Of a DNA stretch of 64,000 bases, positions 1 through 7,773 are shown in pieces. Source of the stretch: an uncultured delta proteobacterium. Lineage in GTDB: Bacteria; Desulfobacterota; Desulfobaccia; Desulfobaccales; 0-14-0-80-60-11. The notes under the pieces were generated by a model. It was not told where the DNA came from, made no database searches, and worked only from the letters and a program-made list of their open reading frames with translations. Location of the stretch: NCBI GenBank assembly GCA_963797235.1, contig CAWCOX010000004.1:635332-699331 (forward strand), in the 5' to 3' direction. The translations under genes and the position numbers were made by a program. The first letter of the stretch is position 1. Each line of letters opens with the position of its first letter.

Positions 1-381
1 GTGGCCGACCGGGCCTTCATCTCGGCCAACTGTCTCCTGCATCAGTTCATCCGCGTGGGCACCCTGGTGATGATGCGGGGCGGAGCCCGGGCCTCCCGGG
101 ACCTGCCGCCCTACGCCAATATCGATGACACTCACGTCGTCAAAGGCGTCAACCTGGTGGGCCTGCGCCGGGCCGGACTCAGCACCGCCCAGATCGCCCC
201 GCTGCGCCAGGCCTTCCGTCTGCTCTTCGGCCGGCGCACCAACCTGAAACAGGCCCTGGAGCAGGTGGCGGCCGAGGTCCCCCAGACCCCGGAGGTCAAC
301 CATCTGGTGGAATTTATCCGCGCCTCCAAACGGGGCGTGGCCATGGGTCCCCGGCAGGCCCGGCAGGACGATGACTTCTAA
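1..381 (+). CDS. lpxA: UDP-N-acetylglucosamine acyltransferase LpxA, C-terminal part (5-prime end outside window)
   Basis: ORF is open from base 1. The tail ...HVVKGVNLVGLRRAGLSTAQIAPLRQAFRLLFGRRTNLKQALEQV...EVNHLVEFIRASKRGV has the layout of the helical C-terminal domain that follows the hexapeptide-repeat domain of LpxA. Recognised from memory of the family. An LPS-core-type GT9 gene overlaps its end. Confidence 0.75.
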   Translation: MADRAFISANCLLHQFIRVGTLVMMRGGARASRDLPPYANIDDTHVVKGVNLVGLRRAGLSTAQIAPLRQAFRLLFGRRTNLKQALEQVAAEVPQTPEVNHLVEFIRASKRGVAMGPRQARQDDDF

Positions 382-1402
382 ACGCCTCCTGGTCATCAAG
401 CTGAAGCAGCCCGGGGACGTGCTGGTCTCCACCCCGGTGATCGCCGCGCTCAAGGAGGCCTGGCCGAACTGCCACCTCACCTACCTGGTCCCCAAGGGCA
501 CCGAGGACATGGTGGCCGGGCACCCGGGGCTGGACGACCTGATAGTGGTGGACCGGAGGGGCGAGACCTGGAGCCAGGCGCTGCGGTTCGCCCGGGACTT
601 GCGCCGGCGGCGCTTCGACCTGGTGATCGAACTTTCCGGCGGCGACCGCGGCGCCATCTATTCCTGGCTCACCGGGGCCAAGGAGCGCCTGGGTTTCGCG
701 CGGCCCGGGATGCCCTTCTGGCAACGCCGCGTCTTTACCCGCCTGCTGCCCCGGCCGCCGGTCAAGATGCACCTGGTGGACCAAAATCTTGCAGCCGTTC
801 GGGCCCTGGGTATCGAGCCCCAAACCCCGCGGCTCCGGTTTTTTTGGGATCAGGCCGTGGAAGAGCGTATCCAGGACCTGCTCACCGCTCATAAGCTGGC
901 CCCCGGCGGCTTCGTGGTCATGCACCCCGGGGCCGGCTGGCGCTTCAAATGCTGGACCCCCCAGGGCTACGCCCGGGTTTTGGAAGCTCTGCAAAATGAC
1001 TGGCGGCTGCCCGTAATCCTCACCGGCACCAAGGCCGCCCATGAACAAGAGCTGATAGCCGCCATTTTGCAGGAAAGCCGCGTCAAGCCCATCAATCTGG
1101 CCGGCCGCCTCAGCCTGAAGGAACTGGGGGCCCTGATCGCCCAGGCCCGGTTCTTCTTTGGCATGGACAGCGCCCCCATGCACCTGGCTGCGGCGGTGGA
1201 GACGCCGGCGGTGGCCCTCTTCGGTCCCAGCGGCGTCTTCAACTGGGGTCCCTGGGGCGAGGGCCACCTGGTAATTCAGCAGGATTGGGCCTGCGTCCCC
1301 TGCGGCCGGGACGGCTGTGAGGGCTCCAAGATCAGCCGCTGCCTCACGGAGATCGAACCGGAGGAGGTTTTGCAAGCCATGGCGCGGCATTTCGGCAAAT
1401 GA
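371..1402 (+). CDS. glycosyltransferase family 9 (LPS heptosyltransferase-type)
   Basis: 343-aa ORF. The N-terminal LLVIKLKQPGDVLVSTPVIAALKEAWP and the C-terminal FFGMDSAPMHLAAAVETPAVALFGPS are the two signature regions of GT9 ADP-heptose:LPS heptosyltransferases. It overlaps the lpxA stop by 11 nt. Confidence 0.8.
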   Translation: MTSKRLLVIKLKQPGDVLVSTPVIAALKEAWPNCHLTYLVPKGTEDMVAGHPGLDDLIVVDRRGETWSQALRFARDLRRRRFDLVIELSGGDRGAIYSWLTGAKERLGFARPGMPFWQRRVFTRLLPRPPVKMHLVDQNLAAVRALGIEPQTPRLRFFWDQAVEERIQDLLTAHKLAPGGFVVMHPGAGWRFKCWTPQGYARVLEALQNDWRLPVILTGTKAAHEQELIAAILQESRVKPINLAGRLSLKELGALIAQARFFFGMDSAPMHLAAAVETPAVALFGPSGVFNWGPWGEGHLVIQQDWACVPCGRDGCEGSKISRCLTEIEPEEVLQAMARHFGK

Positions 1403-1418
1403 GGTTTTTCGGTTTTAC

Positions 1419-1592
1419 GTAGCCGCAGGCCTTAGCGTGAAAAATTCAAATCCCCCTAAATCCCCCTTTTTCAAAGGGGGACTTTGAACCCCCCTTTGAA
1501 AAAGGGGGGCAGGGGGGATTTGCCTTGCGCGGGGACAAGCCTGCAGGCTTCTTAGGTTGGTCCATTTGACGCAGGCTGAGGCCTGCGGCTAC
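1419..1592. repeat. MITE-like composite repeat, family A copy 1 (forward), bounded by 12-bp perfect inverted repeats
   Basis: GTAGCCGCAGGC (1419-1430) and its exact reverse complement GCCTGCGGCTAC (1581-1592) flank a core at 1447-1521. The core reads AAATCCCCCTAAATCCCCCTTTTTCAAAGGGGGAC..CCCCCCTTTGAAAAAGGGGGGCAGGGGGGATTT and contains two hairpins. Five further copies are in the window. Confidence 0.85.
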
Positions 1593-1613
1593 CAAGTCCG
1601 GAGGGAACACACC

Positions 1614-2118
1614 ATGGCTCGAGTGTTAGGCGACCGTCTCATCGTCAATGTGGCCCGGAAGGCCGGGGAAGAACAGCTCATCGACCTGATGCAGCTTTTT
1701 AACCAGAACCCCAACCGCATCATCGCCGTGGCCGGCACGCGTGGGAGCCGACGGCGCGCCCAACACCTGCCCCATCACGCTGATTTACGCCAAGGATGAG
1801 CAGACCCTGCTGATCGCCACCCTGCGGCACAGCGCCACCGCCGCCAACCTGCGCCGGGACGGCCGGGTCTCCCTGGAAATCATGGGAGCGGGCGATCTGG
1901 TCATGGGCATCCAGGGCACCATGCGGATCATCAAGGAACCCATGGCCATGAGCGACGCCATGGCCCTGTGGGAGATGCGGGTGGAGCGGGTCAAACAGGA
2001 TTCTTCCTCGGCCCAGAAGGTCATCCAGGGTCCGGCGGCCACGCCCCGCTCGGACAAGGCGGTGGAGTTCGAGCAGGCCGCCTGGGCCGAACTCCTGGCC
2101 GCGGCCAAGGGGGAGTGA
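1614..2118 (+). CDS. pyridoxamine-5-phosphate-oxidase-like FMN-binding protein, interrupted by one +1 frameshift near 1739
   Basis: Pieces 1614-1799 and 1741-2118 join as ...NPNRIIAVAGT|VGADGAPNTCPITLIYAKDEQTLLIATLRHSATAANLRRDGRVSLEIM if one base is removed at 1736-1741. The pattern resembles split-barrel flavin-binding proteins. The family call is tentative. Confidence 0.5.
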
Positions 2119-2125
2119 TAATAAA

Positions 2126-2307
2126 TTGGGGGAGGGGGCTAAGGGCCGCGGGGTCTTACCCCATCCCCCACACCCCCTCCCCCAATCCCTGATAATTGAA
2201 ATTTGTAGGCGCAGGCCCTTACAAAAAACCTGCGCCCGCACAGGCGAGACGCCTATGCCACTGTATTTGGGTTTACTGCTCACTGCTAACTGCTCACTGT
2301 TCACTCC
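2126..2307. repeat. mosaic intergenic repeat block (C/G-tract hairpin + REP-like hairpins + ACTG hexamer array)
   Basis: Perfect 13-bp inverted repeat TTGGGGGAGGGGG (2126-2138) / CCCCCTCCCCCAA (2173-2185). TGTAGG-headed hairpin GGCGCAGG..CCTGCGCC (2204-2236). CGCACAGGCGAGACGCC..TGCCAC (2237-2261) is also found at 10321-10345. Array TTACTGCTCACTGCTAACTGCTCACTGTTCACT at 2274-2306. Confidence 0.8.
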
Positions 2308-3450
2308 ATGAAAATCGCCCTCTTGCGACAGCGGGTCGGCGGCCCGGGCGGGGCCGAGACTACCGTGCAGCACCTGGCCCGGGGCCTGGCCGCGGCCGGG
2401 CACGATGTGACGGTGTACGGCAGCCAATCCAAAGACGAAGCCAGGGCCGTCTTAGGCCCGCAAATCGCCTATGTGCCGGTGCCCGTCTGGGGCGGCAAGG
2501 CCGGCCGGGTGCTCACCTATGCCCTGAATACGCGGCGCCTCCTGCGCCGGGCCGGCCCCCAGATGGTCTGCAGCCTGGAGCGCACCCTGGGCCAGCAGGT
2601 TTACCGCGCCGGCGACGGCTGTCATCGGGAATGGCTCAGGCGGCGGGCTCCCTTCCTGGCTCCGGCGGCCCGCACCTTCCAGCGTCTCAGCCCGTTTCAC
2701 CGGGTGCTGCTGGCCCTGGAGCGCCGCCTCTTTGCCGACCCCGGTCTAAAGCGGATCATCGCCAATTCCCCTATGGTCAAGGCAGAGATCATCCAGCATT
2801 ATCAAGTGGAGCCGGAGCGCCTCGCCGTGATTTACAACGGCCTGGACCACCAGGGCTTCCGGCCCCTGGCAGAAGCGGAGCGCTCCGCCTGGCGGTCCAG
2901 GCTGGGCGCCCCGGCCAACGCGGCCATTATGCTTTTCGCCGGCTCCGGCTTTGGCCGGAAGGGTCTGGCTTTTTTGGTCGAGGCCCTGGCTAATCTAAAA
3001 AATCAGTCTGGCGTGCTTTGGGTGGCAGGCAAAGGCAACCCGGCTCCCTATGAGCGCCAGGCCCGGCGGCTGGGAGTGGCGGAGCGCCTCAAGTTTTGGG
3101 GACCCCAGACCGACCTGACCCCCTTTTACCAGGCGGCCACGGTCCTGGCCCTGCCCACCATCTACGACCCGTGCAGCAACGTGGTCCTGGAGGCCCTGGC
3201 CTGCGGCGTCCCGGTGATCACCACCAAGGCCAATGGGGCCGCGGCCTTCCTTACCCCCGGAGCAAACGGCGAGATCCTGACGCGACCGGATGACCTGACC
3301 GGCCTGACTCTTGCCCTGGAGGATTATCTAATCCGAGGCGATGACCCTGAGGTCCGCCGGGCCGCAGCCGCCGCGGTGGCCCACCTGAACTGGGAAACCA
3401 CCGTAGCCCAGACCCTGGCGGTGCTGGAAGAAGCCGGGGCAGCAAGTTAA
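2308..3450 (+). CDS. glycosyltransferase family 4 (WaaG/RfaG-like LPS-core type)
   Basis: 380-aa ORF. The N-terminus MKIALLRQRVGGPGGAETTVQHLARGL and the C-terminal donor-binding region LPTIYDPCSNVVLEALACGVPVITT (E-x7-E region) are typical of GT4 retaining glycosyltransferases. Confidence 0.85.
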   Translation: MKIALLRQRVGGPGGAETTVQHLARGLAAAGHDVTVYGSQSKDEARAVLGPQIAYVPVPVWGGKAGRVLTYALNTRRLLRRAGPQMVCSLERTLGQQVYRAGDGCHREWLRRRAPFLAPAARTFQRLSPFHRVLLALERRLFADPGLKRIIANSPMVKAEIIQHYQVEPERLAVIYNGLDHQGFRPLAEAERSAWRSRLGAPANAAIMLFAGSGFGRKGLAFLVEALANLKNQSGVLWVAGKGNPAPYERQARRLGVAERLKFWGPQTDLTPFYQAATVLALPTIYDPCSNVVLEALACGVPVITTKANGAAAFLTPGANGEILTRPDDLTGLTLALEDYLIRGDDPEVRRAAAAAVAHLNWETTVAQTLAVLEEAGAAS

Positions 3451-3525
3451 GATGTAGAACCCCCGCCCCCGGCGGTTCGTGAGCCGGCGAGGACGCCGGC
3501 TCTACACTATCACCCGGAGCACAAA

Positions 3526-4493
3526 ATGCTTGCCCTGCACCTCGACGGCAACCTTGAACTGAAGGAACTCCCTCAACCCGAACCCGCTCCCGGCGAGGTC
3601 CTCATCCGCGTGTCCCTGGCCGGCATCTGCGGCACCGACTTGCAGATCCTCAAAGGCTACCACAATTTTCGCGGCATCCCGGGCCACGAGTTCGTGGGGG
3701 TGGTGGCCGGACCGGAAGAGTCTCCCTGGCTGGGCCAGCGGGTGGTGGGGGAGATCAATATCGGCTGCCGCACCTGTGATCTCTGTCGAAACGGCCTCTC
3801 GCACCACTGCCGCGGCCCGCCGGGTTTTGGGAATCCGGGAACCATAACGGGGCCTTCGCCCCATATTTGACGCTGCCCGCCGCCAACCTCCATCCGGTGC
3901 CGCCCGAGATCCCGGATGAGGCCGCGGTCTTCACCGAACCTCTGGCCGCCGCTCTGCGGGTGGCGGAAACCGCTCCGATTTCCCCGGAAGACCGTATCCT
4001 GGTGGTGGGGGACGGCTCTTTGGGCCTCCAGACTTCCTGGGTGCTGGCCTTGAACGGGGCCCAGGTCACCCTGACCGGCCACCACCCGGAGCACCTGGCC
4101 CTGGCTGCCCCTTATGGCGTCTCGGCCTGCCTGGAAGCGGACCTGCCCCCCGGCGATTACCACGTGGTGGTGGAGGCCAGCGGCTCCCCCGGCGGCCTGC
4201 AGCTGGCCCTGAGCCGGGTCCGGCCCCTGGGCGCCGTGATTCTGAAAAGCACTTATCTCGACCGGTTTCCCCTGGATCCCGCCGACGTGGTGGTGCCGGA
4301 GGTGCGGCTGCTGGGCTCCCGCTGCGGGCCCTTCCCCCCGGCCCTGCGCCTCCTGCGCCGGGGCTGGGTGGACCCCCGGCCCCTCATCGCCAAGACCTTC
4401 CCCTTATCCGAGGGGCTGGCGGCCCTGGAATGGGCCCAGCGCCCGGGGGTGCTGAAGGTCCTGCTGGACTGCCGCGAACCCGGCACGAGGTAG
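3526..4493 (+). CDS. zinc-dependent MDR alcohol/polyol dehydrogenase, interrupted by two +1 frameshifts (~3810, ~3842)
   Basis: 3526-3870 encodes GICGTDLQILKG..GHEFVGVV..CRTCDLCRNGLSHHC. The middle frame gives AARRVLGIRE. 3867-4493 continues HNGAFAPYLTLPAANLHPVP..ILVVGDGSLGLQ (Rossmann). Removing one C at each site restores one ~320-aa protein. Confidence 0.75.
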
Positions 4494-4710
4494 GGACGGA
4501 CCGCGAGCCGCCCCTAAATGGCCCCCTCCCCCACTGGAAGGTGCGAACTTTCCCTCTCCGCTTTCCCTTCCTGGACTCAAGGGAAAAATGATATATTTAA
4601 TGAACGGAGAACTTCCGCCGTCTAATCTAGAAATTTGCATGGAACCCCTGGTTTCATCATTTGCTGGTCTTATTTTCAGTAAAACCGCAAGGCATATTTT
4701 GGAGGCCAAG

Positions 4711-5496
4711 ATGCGTAAGCGTTTTCCCTTGATATTTCTCTCTCTGGCGCTGCTTCTGGCGGTCAGCGCCGGAAGCTGGCAGCCGGGATTCACGCCGGCC
4801 TATGGCTCCTCCGCGACGGGATTGCAGGCCGACTTCATCCGGGTGGCCCAGACGGTGATGCCCTCGGTGGTCAGTCTGAAGGCCGTCAAGGTGGTCACCC
4901 TGCAGCCGCCGCGAGGGTCCGAGGATTTCTTCCGGGGCACCCCCTTTGAAGGCACTTTTCGGGAGGGCGCCCAGCCCATCCGCCGCCGCCAGGTGGGCCA
5001 GGGCTCCGGGGTGATCATCGACCCCCGGGGCTACATCCTGACCAACAACCACGTGGTGGCCGGCTCCCAAGAGATCCTGGTGCACCTCTATGACGGCCGG
5101 GAGGTGAGAGGCCGGGTCGTCGGCACCGACCCCAACTTTGATGTGGCCCTGGTCTACATCCAGGCGCAGGGCCTGAAAGCCGCGTCCATGGGTGATTCCA
5201 GCCGGCTGCAGGTGGGGCAGGTGGCCATCGCCATCGGCAGCCCCTACGGGCTGGAGCAGACCATGACCTCGGGGATCATCAGCGCCACCGGCCGTAAGGG
5301 CCTGGGCAAAGGCTCCTATGGCGACTTCATCCAAACGGATGCCTCCATCAACCCCGGCAACAGCGGCGGCCCTTTGCTGGACATCGACGGCCGGGTGATC
5401 GGCATCAATTCCATGATTGCCGCCCAGGCCCATGGCATCGGCTTCGCCATCCCCATCAACACGGCCCGGCAGATCATCGGCAGATGGATGAGATAG
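4711..5496 (+). CDS. trypsin-like serine protease, HtrA/DegP (S1C) type without PDZ domain
   Basis: Signal-peptide-like start MRKRFPLIFLSLALLLAVSAG at ATG 4711. Catalytic-triad contexts are TNNHVV (His), DVALV (Asp) and GNSGGPLLD (Ser). The ORF stops right after the protease domain (..AIPINTARQIIGRWMR). Confidence 0.8.
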   Translation: MRKRFPLIFLSLALLLAVSAGSWQPGFTPAYGSSATGLQADFIRVAQTVMPSVVSLKAVKVVTLQPPRGSEDFFRGTPFEGTFREGAQPIRRRQVGQGSGVIIDPRGYILTNNHVVAGSQEILVHLYDGREVRGRVVGTDPNFDVALVYIQAQGLKAASMGDSSRLQVGQVAIAIGSPYGLEQTMTSGIISATGRKGLGKGSYGDFIQTDASINPGNSGGPLLDIDGRVIGINSMIAAQAHGIGFAIPINTARQIIGRWMR

Positions 5497-5774
5497 GCCA
5501 CGACTCCCCGGAGCACCTGGCGCAACTCCGGAGCAATTTTGCCCGGGTAAGCAAGATCATCCGGGCGGAAGACATGTGGGAGCGGGTGCCGGAGTGGGCC
5601 CGGGAATTTTCCCCGGACAACCTGGAGGGTCTGGTGAAGTTCGCCTATTTCGGCGGCTTCATCGATACGGCCGGGGTGCGCCGGCTCCTGCTGGTAAATG
5701 ACAAAGAGGCGATGTCCCGACTCCGGACCAAGTGGTACGAAGAGGTCCGGGAACAGGGTTGCTGGCTCTGTTAA
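5484..5774 (+). CDS. hypothetical protein (96 aa)
   Basis: ATG-initiated ORF overlapping the protease stop by 13 nt. Codon usage is GC3-rich like its neighbours. I recognise no motif. Confidence 0.4.
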   Translation: MDEIGHDSPEHLAQLRSNFARVSKIIRAEDMWERVPEWAREFSPDNLEGLVKFAYFGGFIDTAGVRRLLLVNDKEAMSRLRTKWYEEVREQGCWLC

Positions 5775-5918
5775 TTACGGTTTTCGGTGGTTGTTTTCGG
5801 TAATTTCGCTTAGAGGCCGGGCAATCTCAATCTGCCCTTAAATTTTCCCCCACTCCCCAAAACCTGCAGCATCTTACCAAAACTCATCCTTATTTTTTTA
5901 CCGAAAACCGAAAACCGT
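5775..5918. repeat. inverted-repeat-bounded intergenic element built from CGGTTTT heptamers
   Basis: Left arm TTACGGTTTTCGGTGGTTGTTTTCGGTAA (5775-5803). Right arm TTACCGAAAACCGAAAACCGT (5898-5918). The right arm is the reverse complement of the left apart from a 6-nt insertion. About 95 nt of unique sequence lies between them. Confidence 0.7.
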
Positions 5919-6006
5919 CATTTTTCGCACCATGGTACTTATCAAAATAATTTATCCGGGCATATAATAAATTGTTCCCCCAGCAATCAGAATAAAGGAG
6001 AGTCCG

Positions 6007-6723
6007 ATGCGCCAATATGTCATCCACCCCATGGTGGTCGGGATCAACGAAACGGACCAGGGCGTCATGACTTATCTGAAGGGCTACGGCAAAAGGATTT
6101 ATCTGCCCATCTACGTCTTCTACCTGGAAGGCGGCCCGGAGAAGATCCTGGTGGACACCGGTCTCGAGCAGTTCATGGTGCCGGAGGGGGTCGAAGAACA
6201 GTGCGGCTTCAAGGTCCAGGAGTTTGAGGACGCCCTGGACGGTTTCGGCCTCAAACCCGAGGACATCGACATCATCATCCACACTCATCTGCACAACGAC
6301 CACTGCGAAAACGACTACAAGTGCACCAACGCCAAAGTCTACGTGCAGAAGCGGGAATACGAGTTCTTCCAGAATCCCCACCCCGTTGACCACCGCTACT
6401 TCCCGGACTTATTGGATGAGGTGGAAGTCGTCCAGGTGGACGGCGACACCGAGATCGTCGAGGGGATTCAGGTGCTCCTCACCCCGGGCCACACCGTGGG
6501 CGGACAGAGCATCGTGGTCAACACCCGCCAGGGCAAGGCGGTGATCACCGGCTTTTGCTGCAACGAACAGAACTTTCCCGCCAAGGGCCCGATTGTGCCC
6601 TCCGGGGTGCACATCAACGTCATTGACGCCTACGAGAGCGCCCGCCGGGTGAAGGAACTGGCGGATATCATCATCCCCCTGCACGACCTGTCGGTGGGGC
6701 GTCAGCGCAGCATTCCGGCCTGA
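6007..6723 (+). CDS. MBL-fold metallo-hydrolase (N-acyl-homoserine-lactonase-like)
   Basis: 238-aa ORF with the HxHxDH zinc motif as HTHLHNDH, and a downstream TPGHTVG histidine typical of metallo-beta-lactamase-fold hydrolases. AGGAG-type RBS at 5996-6000. Confidence 0.75.
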   Translation: MRQYVIHPMVVGINETDQGVMTYLKGYGKRIYLPIYVFYLEGGPEKILVDTGLEQFMVPEGVEEQCGFKVQEFEDALDGFGLKPEDIDIIIHTHLHNDHCENDYKCTNAKVYVQKREYEFFQNPHPVDHRYFPDLLDEVEVVQVDGDTEIVEGIQVLLTPGHTVGGQSIVVNTRQGKAVITGFCCNEQNFPAKGPIVPSGVHINVIDAYESARRVKELADIIIPLHDLSVGRQRSIPA

Positions 6724-7009
6724 AGGGCGCCCACCTCGCCCCAGGTATTTTAGGCCCGAAGATCGTGGGACCTTTCCTCTTGCGCAAGAGGTATTATTAT
6801 TATTAAGCTGGCGCCTGGTACCGGAGCAAACACTTGCCGGGGCCGTGGCACCCCATGCGCCGGCCGCACCCGGCGCTTTACCGGGTGAATCGCTCCTTTC
6901 TTTAAGACTCCGCCACCCTGGTGATCACCCTGGCGTGCTCTCCCAGGACCGGCGAGACGGGGTGAGGGTCCCGGCCCGCACCTCGTTGGCAATCTGCGCT
7001 CAGGAGGGT

Positions 7010-7528
7010 ATGCCGATGCCTGTACTCCTTAAGCTCTGGACCGCGGCGGTCCTGGGCCTGGCCCTGGCCGCGGCCCCGGTTGCCGCCCAGGACATCCACA
7101 TCGAACCGATACCGCCCCAGGTCAAGCCCCAATGGACCCCGGTGCCCAATGTCCCCGGGACCTTTTATGCCCCCAATATTCCCACCGACGTCTTCCGCCA
7201 CGGCAGCAGATACTATTTTTACTGGGAAGGCTATCTCTACCGCGGCAGCAAGGCCAGGGGGCCCTGGAAATCCGTGAAGCAGGCGCCCGACTGGTTCTCA
7301 GCCATCGATCCCGCCCTCTTCAAGACGGTGAAAAAGGAGGGGGCTCAAGCCCCGGCGGCCCCAGGGGCACCGGCGCTCCCAGCGGCACCCGCGGCCCCGC
7401 CGGCCGGGGGCATCATCCCCATCCCGTCGGTCCCGGGCTCACCGGAGGCGGCCCCGCCGCCGCCGGCGCCGGCCCCCGAAAAAGAAGGGGCGCCCGCCGC
7501 GCCCGGCCAGGCCCCCAAAGTGATGTAA
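7010..7528 (+). CDS. secreted protein with Pro/Ala-rich low-complexity C-terminus
   Basis: ATG 7010 is preceded by AGGAGGG. Signal peptide MPMPVLLKLWTAAVLGLALAAAPVAAQ. The mature part has an aromatic-rich segment (YYFYWEGYLYRG), then about 70 residues of PAAPGAPALPAAPAAPPAGG..PPPPAPAPEKEGAPAAPG. Confidence 0.6.
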   Translation: MPMPVLLKLWTAAVLGLALAAAPVAAQDIHIEPIPPQVKPQWTPVPNVPGTFYAPNIPTDVFRHGSRYYFYWEGYLYRGSKARGPWKSVKQAPDWFSAIDPALFKTVKKEGAQAPAAPGAPALPAAPAAPPAGGIIPIPSVPGSPEAAPPPPAPAPEKEGAPAAPGQAPKVM

Positions 7529-7530
7529 GG

Positions 7531-7613
7531 GCAGTAGCCAGTTACCAGTTGCCAGTAGTCAGTAAAGACAAGGGTCATTGCAAGCTTAACTTGACTACTG
7601 GCTACTGGCTACT
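7531..7613. repeat. long imperfect hairpin made of ACTG/CAGT hexamer repeats
   Basis: Left arm CAGTAGCCAGTTACCAGTTGCCAGTAGTCAGTAAAG (7531-7566). Right arm CTTAACTTGACTACTGGCTACTGGCTACTG (7584-7613). It lies between convergent genes (7528 + / 7774 -). Confidence 0.8.
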
Positions 7614-7627
7614 GCTCGGCGAGAATG

Positions 7628-7730
7628 AAAATCCCCCCTGCCCCCCTTTTTCAAAGGGGGGTTTTAAAGTCCCCCTTTAGCAAAGGGGATTTAGGGGGAT
7701 TTTGCTTTTCGCGCTAAAGCCTGCGGCTAC
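7628..7730. repeat. MITE-like repeat, family A copy 2 (reverse orientation)
   Basis: AAATCCCCCCTGCCCCCCTTTTTCAAAGGGGGGTTTTAAAGTCCCCCTTTAGCAAAGGGGATTTAGGGGGATTTT followed by GCTTTTCGCGCTAAAGCCTGCGGCTAC. This is the reverse complement of the 1419-1521 arrangement. Confidence 0.85.
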
Positions 7731-7773
7731 CAAACTCTCCCGTGACTCCTAACCTATCCCTGACCCCTGACCG

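Noticed and set aside
314-1390. Long antisense or overlapping ORFs (for example 314-1390 minus, 18796-19983 plus, 27837-28814 plus, 35608-36819 minus, 42780-44627 minus, 54746-55828 plus, 60896-62023 plus).
   Set aside because: They lie opposite or out of frame to genes with clear family motifs. Their products are Arg/Gly/Pro/Ala-rich low-complexity sequence with no motif, as expected for stop-poor shadow frames in high-G+C DNA.
6846-6860. Sigma54-type promoter candidate TGGCACCCCATGCGC upstream of the secreted-protein gene.
   Set aside because: The -24 GG is present, but the -12 element lacks the TTGC context at the correct spacing. No enhancer-binding-protein gene is nearby.
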